Shown here one piece after another: positions 45,501-59,200 of a stretch of DNA of 64,000 nt. The position numbers and the translations under genes were made by a program. The notes under the pieces were generated by a model, which saw nothing but the letters and a program-made list of their open reading frames with translations, was not told the origin of the DNA and ran no database searches. The stretch comes from the human T2T-CHM13v2.0 reference genome, Homo sapiens. The first letter of the stretch is position 1; every line of letters begins with the position of its first letter. Where the stretch lies: assembly GCF_009914755.1 (NCBI RefSeq), contig NC_060933.1. One strand, given 5' to 3'.

Positions 45501-46430
45501 CCCTTCCAATCCCCTCTTGTTGATTCCATTCCTTTCCATTCCACTCGAATACATTCCCTTCTATTCCACTCGGATTGATACCATTCCATTCCATTCCATT
45601 CCATTCCATTCCATTCCATTCCGTTCCATTCCATTCTATTCCGTACCATTCCATTCCATTCCATTCCATTCCATGCCATTCCACTCGGGTTGATTCCATT
45701 CCTTTCCATTCCATTCGGGTTCAATCCATTCCATTCCATTCCCTTCCATTCCGTTGCACTAGGGTTGAATCCATTCCATTGCATTCCATTCCATTCCATT
45801 TCATTCCATTCCATTGCACTCGAGTTGATTCAATTGCATTCCATTCCATTCTATTCCATTCCATTCCATTACATTCCAGATTATTCCATTCCATTGTATT
45901 CCATTGCATTCCATTCCCGTGCACTCAGGTTGATTCCATTCCATTCCATTCCATTCCATTCCGTTCCATTCCATTCCATTCTATTCGGGTTAATTCCATT
46001 CCATTCCATTCCATTCCATTCCATTCCATTGCATTCCATTCCATTTAATTCCATTCCATTGCAATCGAGCTGATTCCATTCCATTCCATTCCATTCTATT
46101 CCATTCCATTCCATTCCATTCCATTCTATTCCATTCCATTCCATTCCATTCTGGATGATTCCATTCCATTGCATTCCATTCCATTAAATTTCCCTGCACT
46201 CGTGTTGATTCCATTCCATTCCATTCCATTCCATTCCATTCCATTCCATTCCATTCCGGATGATTCCTTTCCATAGCATTCCATTCCATTCCGTTCCCCT
46301 GCACTCGGGATGATTCCATTCCATTCCATTCCATTCCATTCCGTTCCATTCCATTCCATTCCATTCTATTGGGGTTAATTCCATTCAGTTCCATTCCATT
46401 CCATTACATTTCATTGCAATCGAGTTAATT
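42561..46430 (+). repeat. ~2.0 kb + ~1.85 kb tandem dimer nested in the 4.9 kb unit (42561-44580 and 44581-46430)
   Basis: Offsets 2020 (42719/44739) and 2000 (43155/45155). Markers CCAATCCCCTC, CGGGTTCAAT, CCAGATTATT, CCCGTGCAC and CCATTCAGTT occur in both. The second copy lacks ~30 bp at ~45100 and ~130 bp at ~45800. Confidence 0.85.
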
Positions 46431-47630
46431 CCATTCCATTCCATTCCATTCCATTCCATTCCATTCCATTCCGTTACATTCCATTCCATTCCATTCTATT
46501 CGGGTTAATTCCATTCCATTCCATTCCATTCAATTCCATTCCATTCCATTGCAATCGTGTTGATTCCATTCTATTCCATTCCATTCCATTCCATTCCATT
46601 CCATTCCAGTCCTTTCCATTCCATTCCACTCCGGTTGATGCCATTGTATTCCTTTTCATTCCATTCCATTCCCTTCCATTCCACTCTGGTTGATTCCATT
46701 CCTTTCCATTCCACTCGAATACATTCCCTTCTATTCCACTCGCCATGATTCCATTCCATTCCATTGCATTCCATTCCTTTCCATTTCGTTCCATTCCATT
46801 CTGTTCCGTACAACTCCATTCCATTCCATTCCATTCCATGCCATTCCACTCGGGTTGATTCCATTCCTTTCCATTCTATTCGGGTTGAATACATTCCATT
46901 CAATTCCGTTCCATTCCATTGCACTAGGGTTGAATCCATTCCATTGCATTCCATTCCATTCCATTCCTTTCCTTTCCATTCCATTCCATTACATTCGGAT
47001 TGATTCTATTCAATTCCCTTACACTCCATTGCATTCCATTCCATTCGGGTTGTTTCCATTACATTCCATTCCATTACACTCCATTCCATTGCACTCGGGT
47101 TGATTCAATTGCATTCCATTCCATTGCATTCCATTCCATTCCATTCCATTCCGGATGATTCCATTCCATTGCATTCCATTCCATTCCATTCCCCTGCACT
47201 CGGGTTTATTCCATTCCATTCCATTCCATTCCATTCCGTTCCATTCCATTCCATTCTATTAGGGTTAATTCCATTCCAATCCATTCCATTCCATTCCATT
47301 CCTTTCCTTTCCATTTATTTCCATTCCATTGCAATCGAGCTGATTCCATTCCATTCCATTCCATTCTATTCCATTCCATTCCATTCCATTCCGTTCCATT
47401 CCATTCCATTCTATTAGGGTTAGTTCCATTCCAATCCATTCCATTCCATTCCTTTCCATTCCATTCCATTCCATTCCTTTCCATTACATTCCATTCCATT
47501 CTATTCGGGTTAATTCCATTCCATTCCATTCCATTACATTCCATTTCAATCGAGTTGATTCCATTCCATTCCATTCCATTCCATTCCAGTCCTTTCCATT
47601 CCATACCACTCGGGTTGATTCCATTCTATT
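42721..47630 (+). repeat. Copy 1 (4910 bp) of a near-identical 4.9 kb tandem duplication
   Basis: Colinear with 47631-52520. Identical ORF translations at 42719/47629, 44739/49619, 46690/51580 and 47019/51909. Confidence 0.95.
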
Positions 47631-50600
47631 AGTTTCCATTCAATTCCATTCCCTTCCATTCCAGTCTGGTTGATTCCATTCCTTTCCATTCCACTCGAAT
47701 ACATTCCCTTCTATTCCACTCGGATTGATTCCATTCCATTCCATTCCATTCCATTCCATTCCATTCCGTTCCATTCCATTCCATTACATTCGGATTGATT
47801 CTATTCAATTCCCTTACACTAGATTGCATTCCATTCCATTCGGTTTGTTTCCATTCCATTCCATTCCATTCAACTCCATTCCATTGCACTCGGGTTGATT
47901 CAATTGCATTCCATTCCATTCCATTCGATTCCATTCCGGATGATTCCATTCCATTGCATTCCATTCCATTCCATTCCCCTGCACTCGGGTTGATTCCATT
48001 CCATTCCATTCCGTTCCATTCCATTCAATTATATTCGGGTTAATTTCATTCCATTCCATTCCATTCAATTCCATTCCATTCCATTGCAATCGAGCTGATT
48101 GCATTCCATTCCATTAGATTCCATTCCATTCCATTCCGGATGATTCCATTCCATTGCATTCCATTCCATTCCATTCCCCTGCACTCGGGTTGATTCCATT
48201 CCATTCCATTGCATTCCATTCCATTCCATTCTATTCCGTTCCATTCCATTCCATTCTATTCGGGATAATTCCATTCCATTCCATTCAATTCCATTCCATT
48301 CCATTGCAATCGAGTTGATTCCATTCCATTCCCTTCCATTCCATTCCAGTCCTTTCCATTCCATTCCACTCGGGTTGATTCCATTCTATTATTTTCCATT
48401 CCATTGCATTCCCTTCCAATCCCCTCTGGTTGATTCCATTCCTTTCCATTCCACTCGAATACATTCCCTTCTATTCCACTCGGATTGATACCATTCCATT
48501 CCATTCCATTCTATTCCATTCCATTCCATTCCATTCCATTCCATTCCATTCCATTCCGTTCCATTCCATTCTATTCCGTACCATTCCATTCCATTCCATT
48601 CCATTCCATGCCATTCCACTCGGGTTGATTCCATTCCTTTCCATTCCATTCGGGTTCAATCCATTCCATTCCATTCCCTTCCATTCCGTTGCACTAGGGT
48701 TGAATTCATTCCATTGCATTCCATTCCATTCCATTCCATTCCATTCCTTTCCATTCCTTTCCATTACATTCGGATTGATTGTATTCAATTCCCTTACACT
48801 CCATTGCATTCCATTCCATTCGGGTTGTTTCCATTCCATTCCATTGCATTCCACTCCATTCCATTGCACTCGTGTTGATTCAATTGCATTCCATTCCATT
48901 CTATTCCATTCCATTCCATTACATTCCAGATTATTCCATTCCATTGTATTCCATTGCATTCCATTCCCGTGCACTCGGGTTGATTCCATTCCATTCCATT
49001 CCATTCCATTCCGTTCCATTCCATTCCATTCTATTCGGGTTAATTCCATTCCATTCCATTCCATTCCATTCCATTCCATTGCATTCCATTCCATTTAATT
49101 CCATTCCATTGCAATCGAGCTGATTCCATTCCATTCCATTCCATTCTATTCCATTCCATTCCATTCCATTCTATTCCATTCCATTCCATTCCATTCTGGA
49201 TGATTCCATTCCATTGCATTCCATTCCATTAAATTCCCCTGCACTCGTGTTGATTCCATTCCATTCCATTCCATTCCATTCCATTCCATTCCGGATGATT
49301 CCATTCCATAGCATTCCATTCCATTCCGTTCCCCTGCACTCGGGTTGATTCCATTCCATTCCATTCCATTCCATTCCATTCCGTTCCATTCCATTCCATT
49401 CCATTCTATTGGGGTTAATTCCATTCAGTTCCATTCTATTCCATTACATTTCATTGCAATCGAGTTAATTCCATTCCATTCCATTCCGTTCCGGATGATT
49501 CCATTCCATTGCATTCCATTCCATTCCATTCCCCTGCACTCGGGTTGATTCCATTCCATTCCATTCCATTCCATTCCAGTCCTTTCCATTCCATTTCACT
49601 CGGGTTGATTCCATTCTATTAGTTTCCATTCAATTCCATTCCCTTCCATTCCAGTCTGGTTGATTCCATTCCTTTCCATTCCACTCGAATACATTCCCTT
49701 CTATTCCACTCGGATTGATTCCATTCCATTCCATTCCATTCCATTCCATTCCATTCCATTCCATTCCATTCCGTTCCATTCCATTCCATTACATTCGGAT
49801 TGATTCTATTCAATTCCCTTACACTAGATTGCATTCCATTCCATTCGGTTTGTTTCCATTCCATTCCATTCCATTCAACTCCATTCCATTGCACTCGGGT
49901 TGATTCAATTGCATTCCATTCCATTCCATTTCATTCCATTCCGGATGATTCCATTCCATTGCATTCCATTCCATTCCATTCCGTTCCATTCCATTCAATT
50001 ATATTCGGGTTAATTCCATTCCATTCCATTCCATTCAATTCCATTCCATTCCATTGCAATCGAGCTGATTGCATTCCATTCCATTAGATTCCATTCCATT
50101 CCATTCCGGATGATTCCATTCCATTGCATTCCATTCCATTCCATTCCCCTGCACTCGGGTTGATTCCATTCCATTCCATTCCATTCCATTCCATTCTATT
50201 CCGTTCCATTCCATTCCATTCTATTCGGGATAATTCCATTGCATTCCATTCAATTCCATTCCATTCCATTGCAATCGAGTTGATTCCATTCCATTCCCTT
50301 CCATTCCATTCCAGTCCTTTCCATTCCATTCCACTCGGGTTGATTCCATTCTATTATTTTCCATCCCATTGCATTCCCTTCCAATCCCCTCTTGTTGATT
50401 CCATTCCTTTCCATTCCACTCGAATACATTCCCTTCTATTCCACTCGGATTGATACCATTCCATTCCATTCCATTCCATTCCATTCCATTCCATTCCATT
50501 CCGTTCCATTCCATTCTATTCCGTACCATTCCATTCCATTCCATTCCATTCCATGCCATTCCACTCGGGTTGATTCCATTCCTTTCCATTCCATTCGGGT

Positions 50601-52520
50601 TCAATCCATTCCATTCCATTCCCTTCCATTCCGTTGCACTAGGGTTGAATCCATTCCATTGCATTCCATTCCATTCCATTTCATTCCATTCCATTGCACT
50701 CGAGTTGATTCAATTGCATTCCATTCCATTCTATTCCATTCCATTCCATTACATTCCAGATTATTCCATTCCATTGTATTCCATTGCATTCCATTCCCGT
50801 GCACTCAGGTTGATTCCATTCCATTCCATTCCATTCCATTCCGTTCCATTCCATTCCATTCTATTCGGGTTAATTCCATTCCATTCCATTCCATTCCATT
50901 CCATTCCATTGCATTCCATTCCATTTAATTCCATTCCATTGCAATCGAGCTGATTCCATTCCATTCCATTCCATTCTATTCCATTCCATTCCATTCCATT
51001 CCATTCTATTCCATTCCATTCCATTCCATTCTGGATGATTCCATTCCATTGCATTCCATTCCATTAAATTTCCCTGCACTCGTGTTGATTCCATTCCATT
51101 CCATTCCATTCCATTCCATTCCATTCCATTCCATTCCGGATGATTCCTTTCCATAGCATTCCATTCCATTCCGTTCCCCTGCACTCGGGATGATTCCATT
51201 CCATTCCATTCCATTCCATTCCGTTCCATTCCATTCCATTCCATTCTATTGGGGTTAATTCCATTCAGTTCCATTCCATTCCATTACATTTCATTGCAAT
51301 CGAGTTAATTCCATTCCATTCCATTCCATTCCATTCCATTCCATTCCATTCCATTCCGTTACATTCCATTCAATTCCATTCTATTCGGGTTAATTCCATT
51401 CCATTCCATTCCATTCAATTCCATTCCATTCCATTGCAATCGTGTTGATTCCATTCTATTCCATTCCATTCCATTCCATTCCATTCCATTCCAGTCCAGT
51501 CCTTTCCATTCCATTCCACTCCGGTTGATGCCATTGTATTCCTTTTCATTCCATTCCATTCCCTTCCATTCCACTCTGGTTGATTCCATTCCTTTCCATT
51601 CCACTCGAATACATTCCCTTCTATTCCACTCGCCATGATTCCATTCCATTCCATTGCATTCCATTCCTTTCCATTTCGTTCCATTCCATTCTGTTCCGTA
51701 CAACTCCATTCCATTCCATTCCATTCCATGCCATTCCACTCGGGTTGATTCCATTCCTTTCCATTCTATTCGGGTTGAATACATTCCATTCAATTCCGTT
51801 CCATTCCATTGCACTAGGGTTGAATCCATTCCATTGCATTCCATTCCATTCCATTCCTTTCCTTTCCATTCCATTCCATTACATTCGGATTGATTCTATT
51901 CAATTCCCTTACACTCCATTGCATTCCATTCCATTCGGGTTGTTTCCATTACATTCCATTCCATTACACTCCATTCCATTGCACTCGGGTTGATTCAATT
52001 GCATTCCATTCCATTGCATTCCATTCCATTCCATTCCATTCCGGATGATTCCATTCCATTGCATTCCATTCCATTCCATTCCCCTGCACTCGGGTTTATT
52101 CCATTCCATTCCATTCCATTCCATTCCGTTCCATTCCATTCCATTCTATTAGGGTTAATTCCATTCCAATCCATTCCATTCCATTCCATTCCTTTCCATT
52201 CCATTTATTTCCATTCCATTGCAATCGAGCTGATTCCATTCCATTCCATTCCATTCTATTCCATTCCATGCCATTCCATTCCGTTCCATTCCATTCCATT
52301 CTATTAGGGTTAGTTCCATTCCAATCCATTCCATTCCATTCCTTTCCATTCCATTCCATTCCATTCCTTTCCATTACATTCCATTCCATTCTATTCGGGT
52401 TAATTCCATTCCATTCCATTCCATTACATTCCATTTCAATCGAGTTGATTCCATTCCATTCCATTCCATTCCATTCCAGTCCTTTCCATTCCATACCACT
52501 CGGGTTGATTCCATTCTATT
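47631..52520 (+). repeat. Copy 2 (4890 bp) of the 4.9 kb tandem duplication
   Basis: As for copy 1. It differs mainly in pentamer copy number plus roughly ten substitutions seen by eye. Confidence 0.95.
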
Positions 52521-55500
52521 ACTTTCCATTCCATTCCATTCCCTTCCAATCCACTCTGGTTGATTCCATTCCTTTCCTTTCCACTCGAATACATTCCCTT
52601 CTATTGCACTCGGAATGATTGCATTCCATTCCATTCCGTTCCATTCCATTCCAGTCCATTGCATTCCATTCCATTCCACTGGGGTTGATTCCATTCCTTT
52701 CCATTCCATTCGGGTTGAATCCATTCCACTCCATTCCATTCCATTCCACTCCATTCCATTACATTTGGATTGATTCTATTCAGTTCCCTTACACTCCATT
52801 ACATTCCATTCCGTTTGGGTAGTTTCCATTCCATTCCATTCCATTCCACTCCATTCCATTGCACTCGGGTTTATTCCATTCCATTCCATTCCATTCCATT
52901 CCATTCCATTCCATTCCATTCCATTCCTTTCCGGATGTTTCCATTCCATTGCATTCCATTCCATTCCATTCCCCTGCACTCGGGTTGATTCCATTCCATT
53001 CCATTCCATTCCATTCCATTCCATTCCGTTCCATTCCATTCCATTCCATTCTATTCGGGTTAATTGCATTCCATTCCATTCCATTCCTTTCCATTGCAAA
53101 CTAGTTGATACCATTCCATTCCATTCCATTCAATTCCATTCCATTCCATTCCAGTCCTTTCCATTCCATTCCACTCGGGTTGATTCCATTCTATTGCTTT
53201 CCATTCCATTCCATTACATTCCATTCCACTCTGGTTGATTCCATTCCTTTCCATTCCACGCGAATACATTCCCTTCTATTCGACTCGGAATGATTCCATT
53301 CCATTCCATTGAATTCCATTCCATTCCATTCTGTTCCATTCCATTCTATTCCATTCCATTCCATTCCATTCCATGCCATTCAACTCGGGTCGATTCCATT
53401 CCTTTCCATTCCATTCTCGTTGAATCCATTCCATTCCTTTCCATTCCATTCCATTCCATTGCACTAGGGTTGAATCCATTCCATTGCATTGCATTCCATT
53501 CCATTCCATTCCATTCCGTTCCATTCCATTCCATTACATTCGGATTGATTCTATTCAATTCCCTAACACTCCGTTGCATTCCATTCCATTCGGTTTGTTT
53601 CTATTCCATTCCATTCCATTCCACTCCATTCCATTGCACTCGGGTTGATTCAATTGCATTCCATTCCATTCCATTCCACTCCATTCCATTCCGGATGATT
53701 CCATTCCATTGCATTCCAGTCCATTCCATTCCCCTGCACTCGGGTTGATTCCATTCCAATCCATTCCGTTCCATTCCATTCAATTCTATTCGGGTTAATT
53801 CCATATCATTCCATTCCATTCCATTCCATTCCATTCCATTCCATTCCATTCCGGATGATTCCATTCCATTGCATTCCATTCCATTCCATTCCCCTGCACT
53901 CGGGTTGATTCCATTCCATTCCATTCCATTCCATTCCATTCCGTTCCATTCCATTCCATTCCATTCTATTCGGGTTAATTCCATTCCATTCCATTCCATT
54001 CCATTCCATTCCATTCCATTCCATTGCAATCGAGTTGATTCCATTCCATTCCATTCCATTCCATTCCATTACAGTCCTTTCCATTCCATTCCACTCGGGT
54101 TGATTCCATTCTATTATTTTCCATTCCATTCCATTCCCTTCCATTCCACTCTGGTTGATTCCATTCCTTTCCATTCCACTCGAATACATTCCCTTCTATT
54201 CCACTCGGATTGATACCATTCCATTCCATTCCATTCTATTCCATTCCATTCCATTCCATTCCTTTCCATTCCATTCTATGCCGTACCATTCCATTCCATT
54301 CCATTCTATTCCATGCCATTCCACTCGGGTTGATTCCATTCCATTCCATTCCATTCGGGTTGAATCCATTCCATTCCATTCCATTCCATTCCGTTGCACT
54401 AGGGATGAATCCATTCCATTGCATTCCATTCCATTCCATTCCATTCCATTCCTTTCCATTCCATTCCATTACATTCGGATTGATTCTATTCAATTCCCTT
54501 ACACTCCATTGCATTCCATTCCATTCGGGTTGTTTCCATTCCATTCCATTCCATTCCACTGCATTCTATTGCACTCGGGTTGATTCAATTGCATTCCATT
54601 CCATTCCATTCTATTCCATTCCATTCCATTCCGGATGATTCCATTCCATTGCATTCCATTCCATTCCATTCCCCTGCACTCGGGTTGATTCCATTCCATT
54701 CCATTCCATTCCATTCCGTTGCATTCCATTCCATTCTATTCGGGTTAATTCCATTCCATTCCATTCGTTTCCATTCCATTCCATTCCATTTAATTCCATT
54801 CCATTCCAATTGAGTTGATTCCATTCCATTCCATTCCATTCCATTCCATTCCATTCCATTCCATTCCATTCCGGATGATTCCATTCCATTGCATTCCATT
54901 CCATTCCATTCCCCTGCACTCGGGTTGATTCCACTCCATTCCATTCCATTCCATTCCATTCCATTCCATTCCATTCCATTCCGTTCCATTCCATTCCATT
55001 CCATTCTATTCAGGATAATTCCATTCCATTCCATTCAATTCCATTCCATTCCATTGCAATCGAGTTGATTCCATTCCATTCCCATCCATTCCATTCCAGT
55101 CCTTTCCATTCCATTCCACTCGGGTTGATTCCATTCTATTATTTTCCATTCCATTCCATTCCCTTCCATTCCCTTCTGGTTGATTCCATTCCCTTCCATT
55201 CCACTTGAATGCATTCCCTTCTATTCCACTCGGATTGATACCATTCCATTCCATTCCATTCTATTCCATTCCATTCCATTCCATTCCATTCCATTCCATT
55301 CCATTCCATTCCATTCTATTCCGTACCATTCCATTCCATTCCATTCCATTCCATGCCATTCCACTCGGGTTGATTCCATTCCTTTCCATTCCATTCGGGT
55401 TGAATCCATTCCATTCCATTCCCTTCCATTCCGTTGCACTAGGGTTGAATCCATTCCATTGCATTCCATTCCATTCCATTCCATTCCTTTCCATTCCTTT

Positions 55501-56299
55501 CCATTACTTTCGTATTGATTGTATTCAATTCCCTTACACTCCATTGCATTCCATTCCATTCGGTTTGTTTCCATTCCATTCCATTCCATTCCACTCCATT
55601 CCATTGCACTCGAGTTGATTCAATTGCATTCCATTCCATTCTATTCCATTCCATTACATTACATTCCAGATGATTCCATTCCATTGTATTCCATTCCATT
55701 CCATTCCCCAGCACTCGGGTTGATTCCATTCCATTCCATTCCATTCCATTCCGTTCCATTCCATTCCATTCTATTCGGGTTATTTCCATTCCATTCCATT
55801 CCATTCCATTCCATTCCAATTTAATTCCATTCCATTGCAATTGAGCTGATTCCATTCCATTCCATTCCATTCTATTCCATTCCATTTCATTCCATTCTGG
55901 ATGATTCCATTCCATTGCATTCCATTCCATTAAATTCCCCTGCACTAGTGTTTATTCCATTCCATTCCATTTCATTCCATTCCATTCCATTCCATTCCAT
56001 TCCATTGCATTCCGGATGATTCCATTCCATTGCATTCCATTCCATTCCATTCCCCTGCACTCGGGATGATTCCATTCCATTCCATTCCATTCCACTCCGT
56101 TGCATTGCATTCCATTCTATTCGGGTTAATTCCATTCCATTCCATTCCATTCCATTCCATTCCATTCCATTTAATTCCATTCCATTGCAATTGAGTTGAT
56201 TCCATTCCATTGCATTCCATTCCATTCCATTCCATTCCGGATGATTCCATTCCATTGCATTCCATTCCATTCCATTCCCCTCCACTCGGGTTGATTCCA

Positions 56300-59200
56300 T
56301 TCCAATCCATTCCATTCCATTCCATTCCATTCCATTTAATTCCATTCCATTGCAATTGAGCTGATTCCATTCCATTCCATTCCATTCTATTCCATTCCAT
56401 TCCATTCCATTCTGGATGATTCCATTCCATTGCATTCCATTCCATTAAATTCCCCTGCACTCGTGTTTATTCCATTCCATTCCATTTCATTCCATTCCAT
56501 TCCATTCCATTCCATTCCATTCCATTCCATGTCATTCCATTCCATTCCGGATGATTCCATTCCATTGCATTCCATTCCATTCCGTTCCCCTGCACTCGGG
56601 TTGATTCCATTCCATTCCATTCCATTCCATTCCGTTCCATTCCGTTCCATTCCATTCTATTGTGGTTAATTCCATTCCATTCCATTCCATTACATTTCAT
56701 TGCAATCGAGTTAATTCCATTCCATTCCATTCCATTCTGGATGATTCCATTCCATTGCATTCCGTTCCATTCCATTCCCCTGCACTCGGGTTGATTCCAT
56801 TCCATTCCAATCCATTCCATTCCGTTCCATTCCATTCCATTCTATTCGGGTTAATTCCATTCCATTCCATTCCATTCCATTCCATTCCATTCCTTTCCAT
56901 TCCATTTAATTCCATTCCATTGCAATCGAGCTGATTCCATTCCATTCCATTCCATTCTATTCCATTCCATTCCATTCCATTCCATTCTGGATGATTCCAT
57001 TCCAATGCATTCCATTCCATTAAATTCCCCTGCACTCGTGTTGATTCCATTCCATTCCATTCCATTCCATTCCATTCCATTCCGGATGATTCCATTCCAT
57101 TGCATTCCATTCCACTCCGTTACCCTGCACTCTGGTTGATTCCATTACATTAAGTTCAATTCCATTCCGTTCCATTCCATTCAATTCCACTCTATTGGGG
57201 TTAATTCCATTCCATTCCATTCCATTCCATTCCATTACATTTCATTGCAATCGAGTTAATTCCATACCATTCCATTCCGTTCCGGATGATTCCATTCCAT
57301 TCCATTACATTCCATTCCATTCCATTCCTTTCCGTTCCGTTCCATTCCATTCCATTACATTCGGATTGATTCTATTCAATTCCCTTACACTAGATTGCAT
57401 TCCATTCCATTCGGGTTGTTTCCATTCCATTCCATTCCATTCAACTCCATTCCATTGCACTCGGGTTGATTCAATTGCATTCCATTCCATTCCATTCCAT
57501 TCCATTCCGGATGATTCCATTCCATTGCATTCCATTCCATTCCATTCTCCTGCAGTCGGGTTGATTCCATTCCATTCCATTCCGTTCCATTCCATTCAAT
57601 AATATTCGGGTTAATTCCATTCCATTCCATTCCATTCTATTCCATTCCATTCCATTGCAATCGAGCTGATTGCATTCCATTCCATTAGATTCCATTCCAT
57701 TCCATTCCAGATGATTCCATTCCATTGCATTCCATTCCATTCCATTCCCCTGCACTCGGGTTGATACCATTCCATTCCATTCCATTCCATTCCATTACAA
57801 TTCGTTCCATTCCATTCTATTCCGTACCATTCCATTCCATTCCATACCATTCCATTCCATTCCATTCCATTCCATTCCGTTCCATTCCGTTCCATTCCAT
57901 TCCATTCCATTCTATTCGGATTAATTCCATTCCATTCCTTTCCATTCCATTCTATTCCATTCCATTGCAATCGAGTTGAATCCATTGCATTTCATTCCAT
58001 TCCATTCCATTCCATTCCATTCCGGAAGATTCCATTCCATTGCATTCCATTCCATTCCATTCCCTTGCACTCGCTTTGATTCCATTCCATTCCATTCCGT
58101 TCCATTCCATTCCATTCCATTCTATTGGGGTTAATTCCATTCCATTCCATTCCATTACATTTCATTGCAATCGAGTTAATTCCATTCCATTCCATTCCAT
58201 TCCGGATGATTCCATTCCATTGCATTCCATTCCATTCCATTCCCATGCACTCGGGTTGATTCCATTCCATTCCATTCCATTCTATTCCATTCCATTCCAG
58301 TCCTTTCCATTCCATTCCACTCGGGTTGATTCCATTCAATTAGATTCCATTCAATTCCATTCCCTTCCATTCCACTCTGGTTGATTCCATTCCTTTCCAT
58401 TCCACTCGAATACATTCCCTTCTATTCCACTCGGATTGATTCCATTCCATTCCATTCCATTCCATTCCATTCCATTCCGTTCCGTTCCATTCCATTACAT
58501 TCGGATTGATTCTATTCAATTCCCTTACACTAGATTGCATTCCATTCCATTCGGGTTGTTTCCATTCCATTCCATTCCATTCCACTCCATTCCATTGCAC
58601 TCGGGTTGATTCAATTGCATTCCATTCCATTGCTTTCCATTCCATTCCGGATGATTCCATTCCATTGCATTCCATTCCATTCCATTACCCTGCACTCGGG
58701 TTGATTCCATTCCGTTCCATTCCTTTCCATTCCATTCAATTATATTCGGGTTAATTCCATTCCATTCCATTCCATTCTATTCCATTCCATTCCATTGCAA
58801 TCGAGCTGATTGCATTCCATTCCATTAGATTCCATTCCATTCCATTCCGGATGATTCCATTCCATTGCATTCCATTCCTTTCCATTCCCCTCCACTCGGG
58901 TTGATTCCATTCCATTCCATTCCATTCCATTCCATTCCATTCCATTCCATTTAATTCCATTCCATTGCAATCGAGCTGATTCCATTTCATTCCATTCCAT
59001 TCTATTCCATTCCATTCCATTCCATTCTGGATGATTCCATTCCGTTGCATTCCATTCCATTAAATTACCCTGCACTCGTGTTTATTCCATTCCATTCCAT
59101 TTCATTCCATTCCATTCCATTCCATTCCATTACATTCCATTCCGGATGATTCCATTCCATTGCATTCCATTCCATTCCATTCCGTTCCATTCCATTCCAT

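Noticed and set aside
42721-52520. 4.9 kb duplication as a pure assembly artefact
   Set aside because: The copies differ by several substitutions (e.g. 43326 G vs 48236 C; 44320 G vs 49200 A) as well as pentamer counts. This favours a real event, though read support is still needed.
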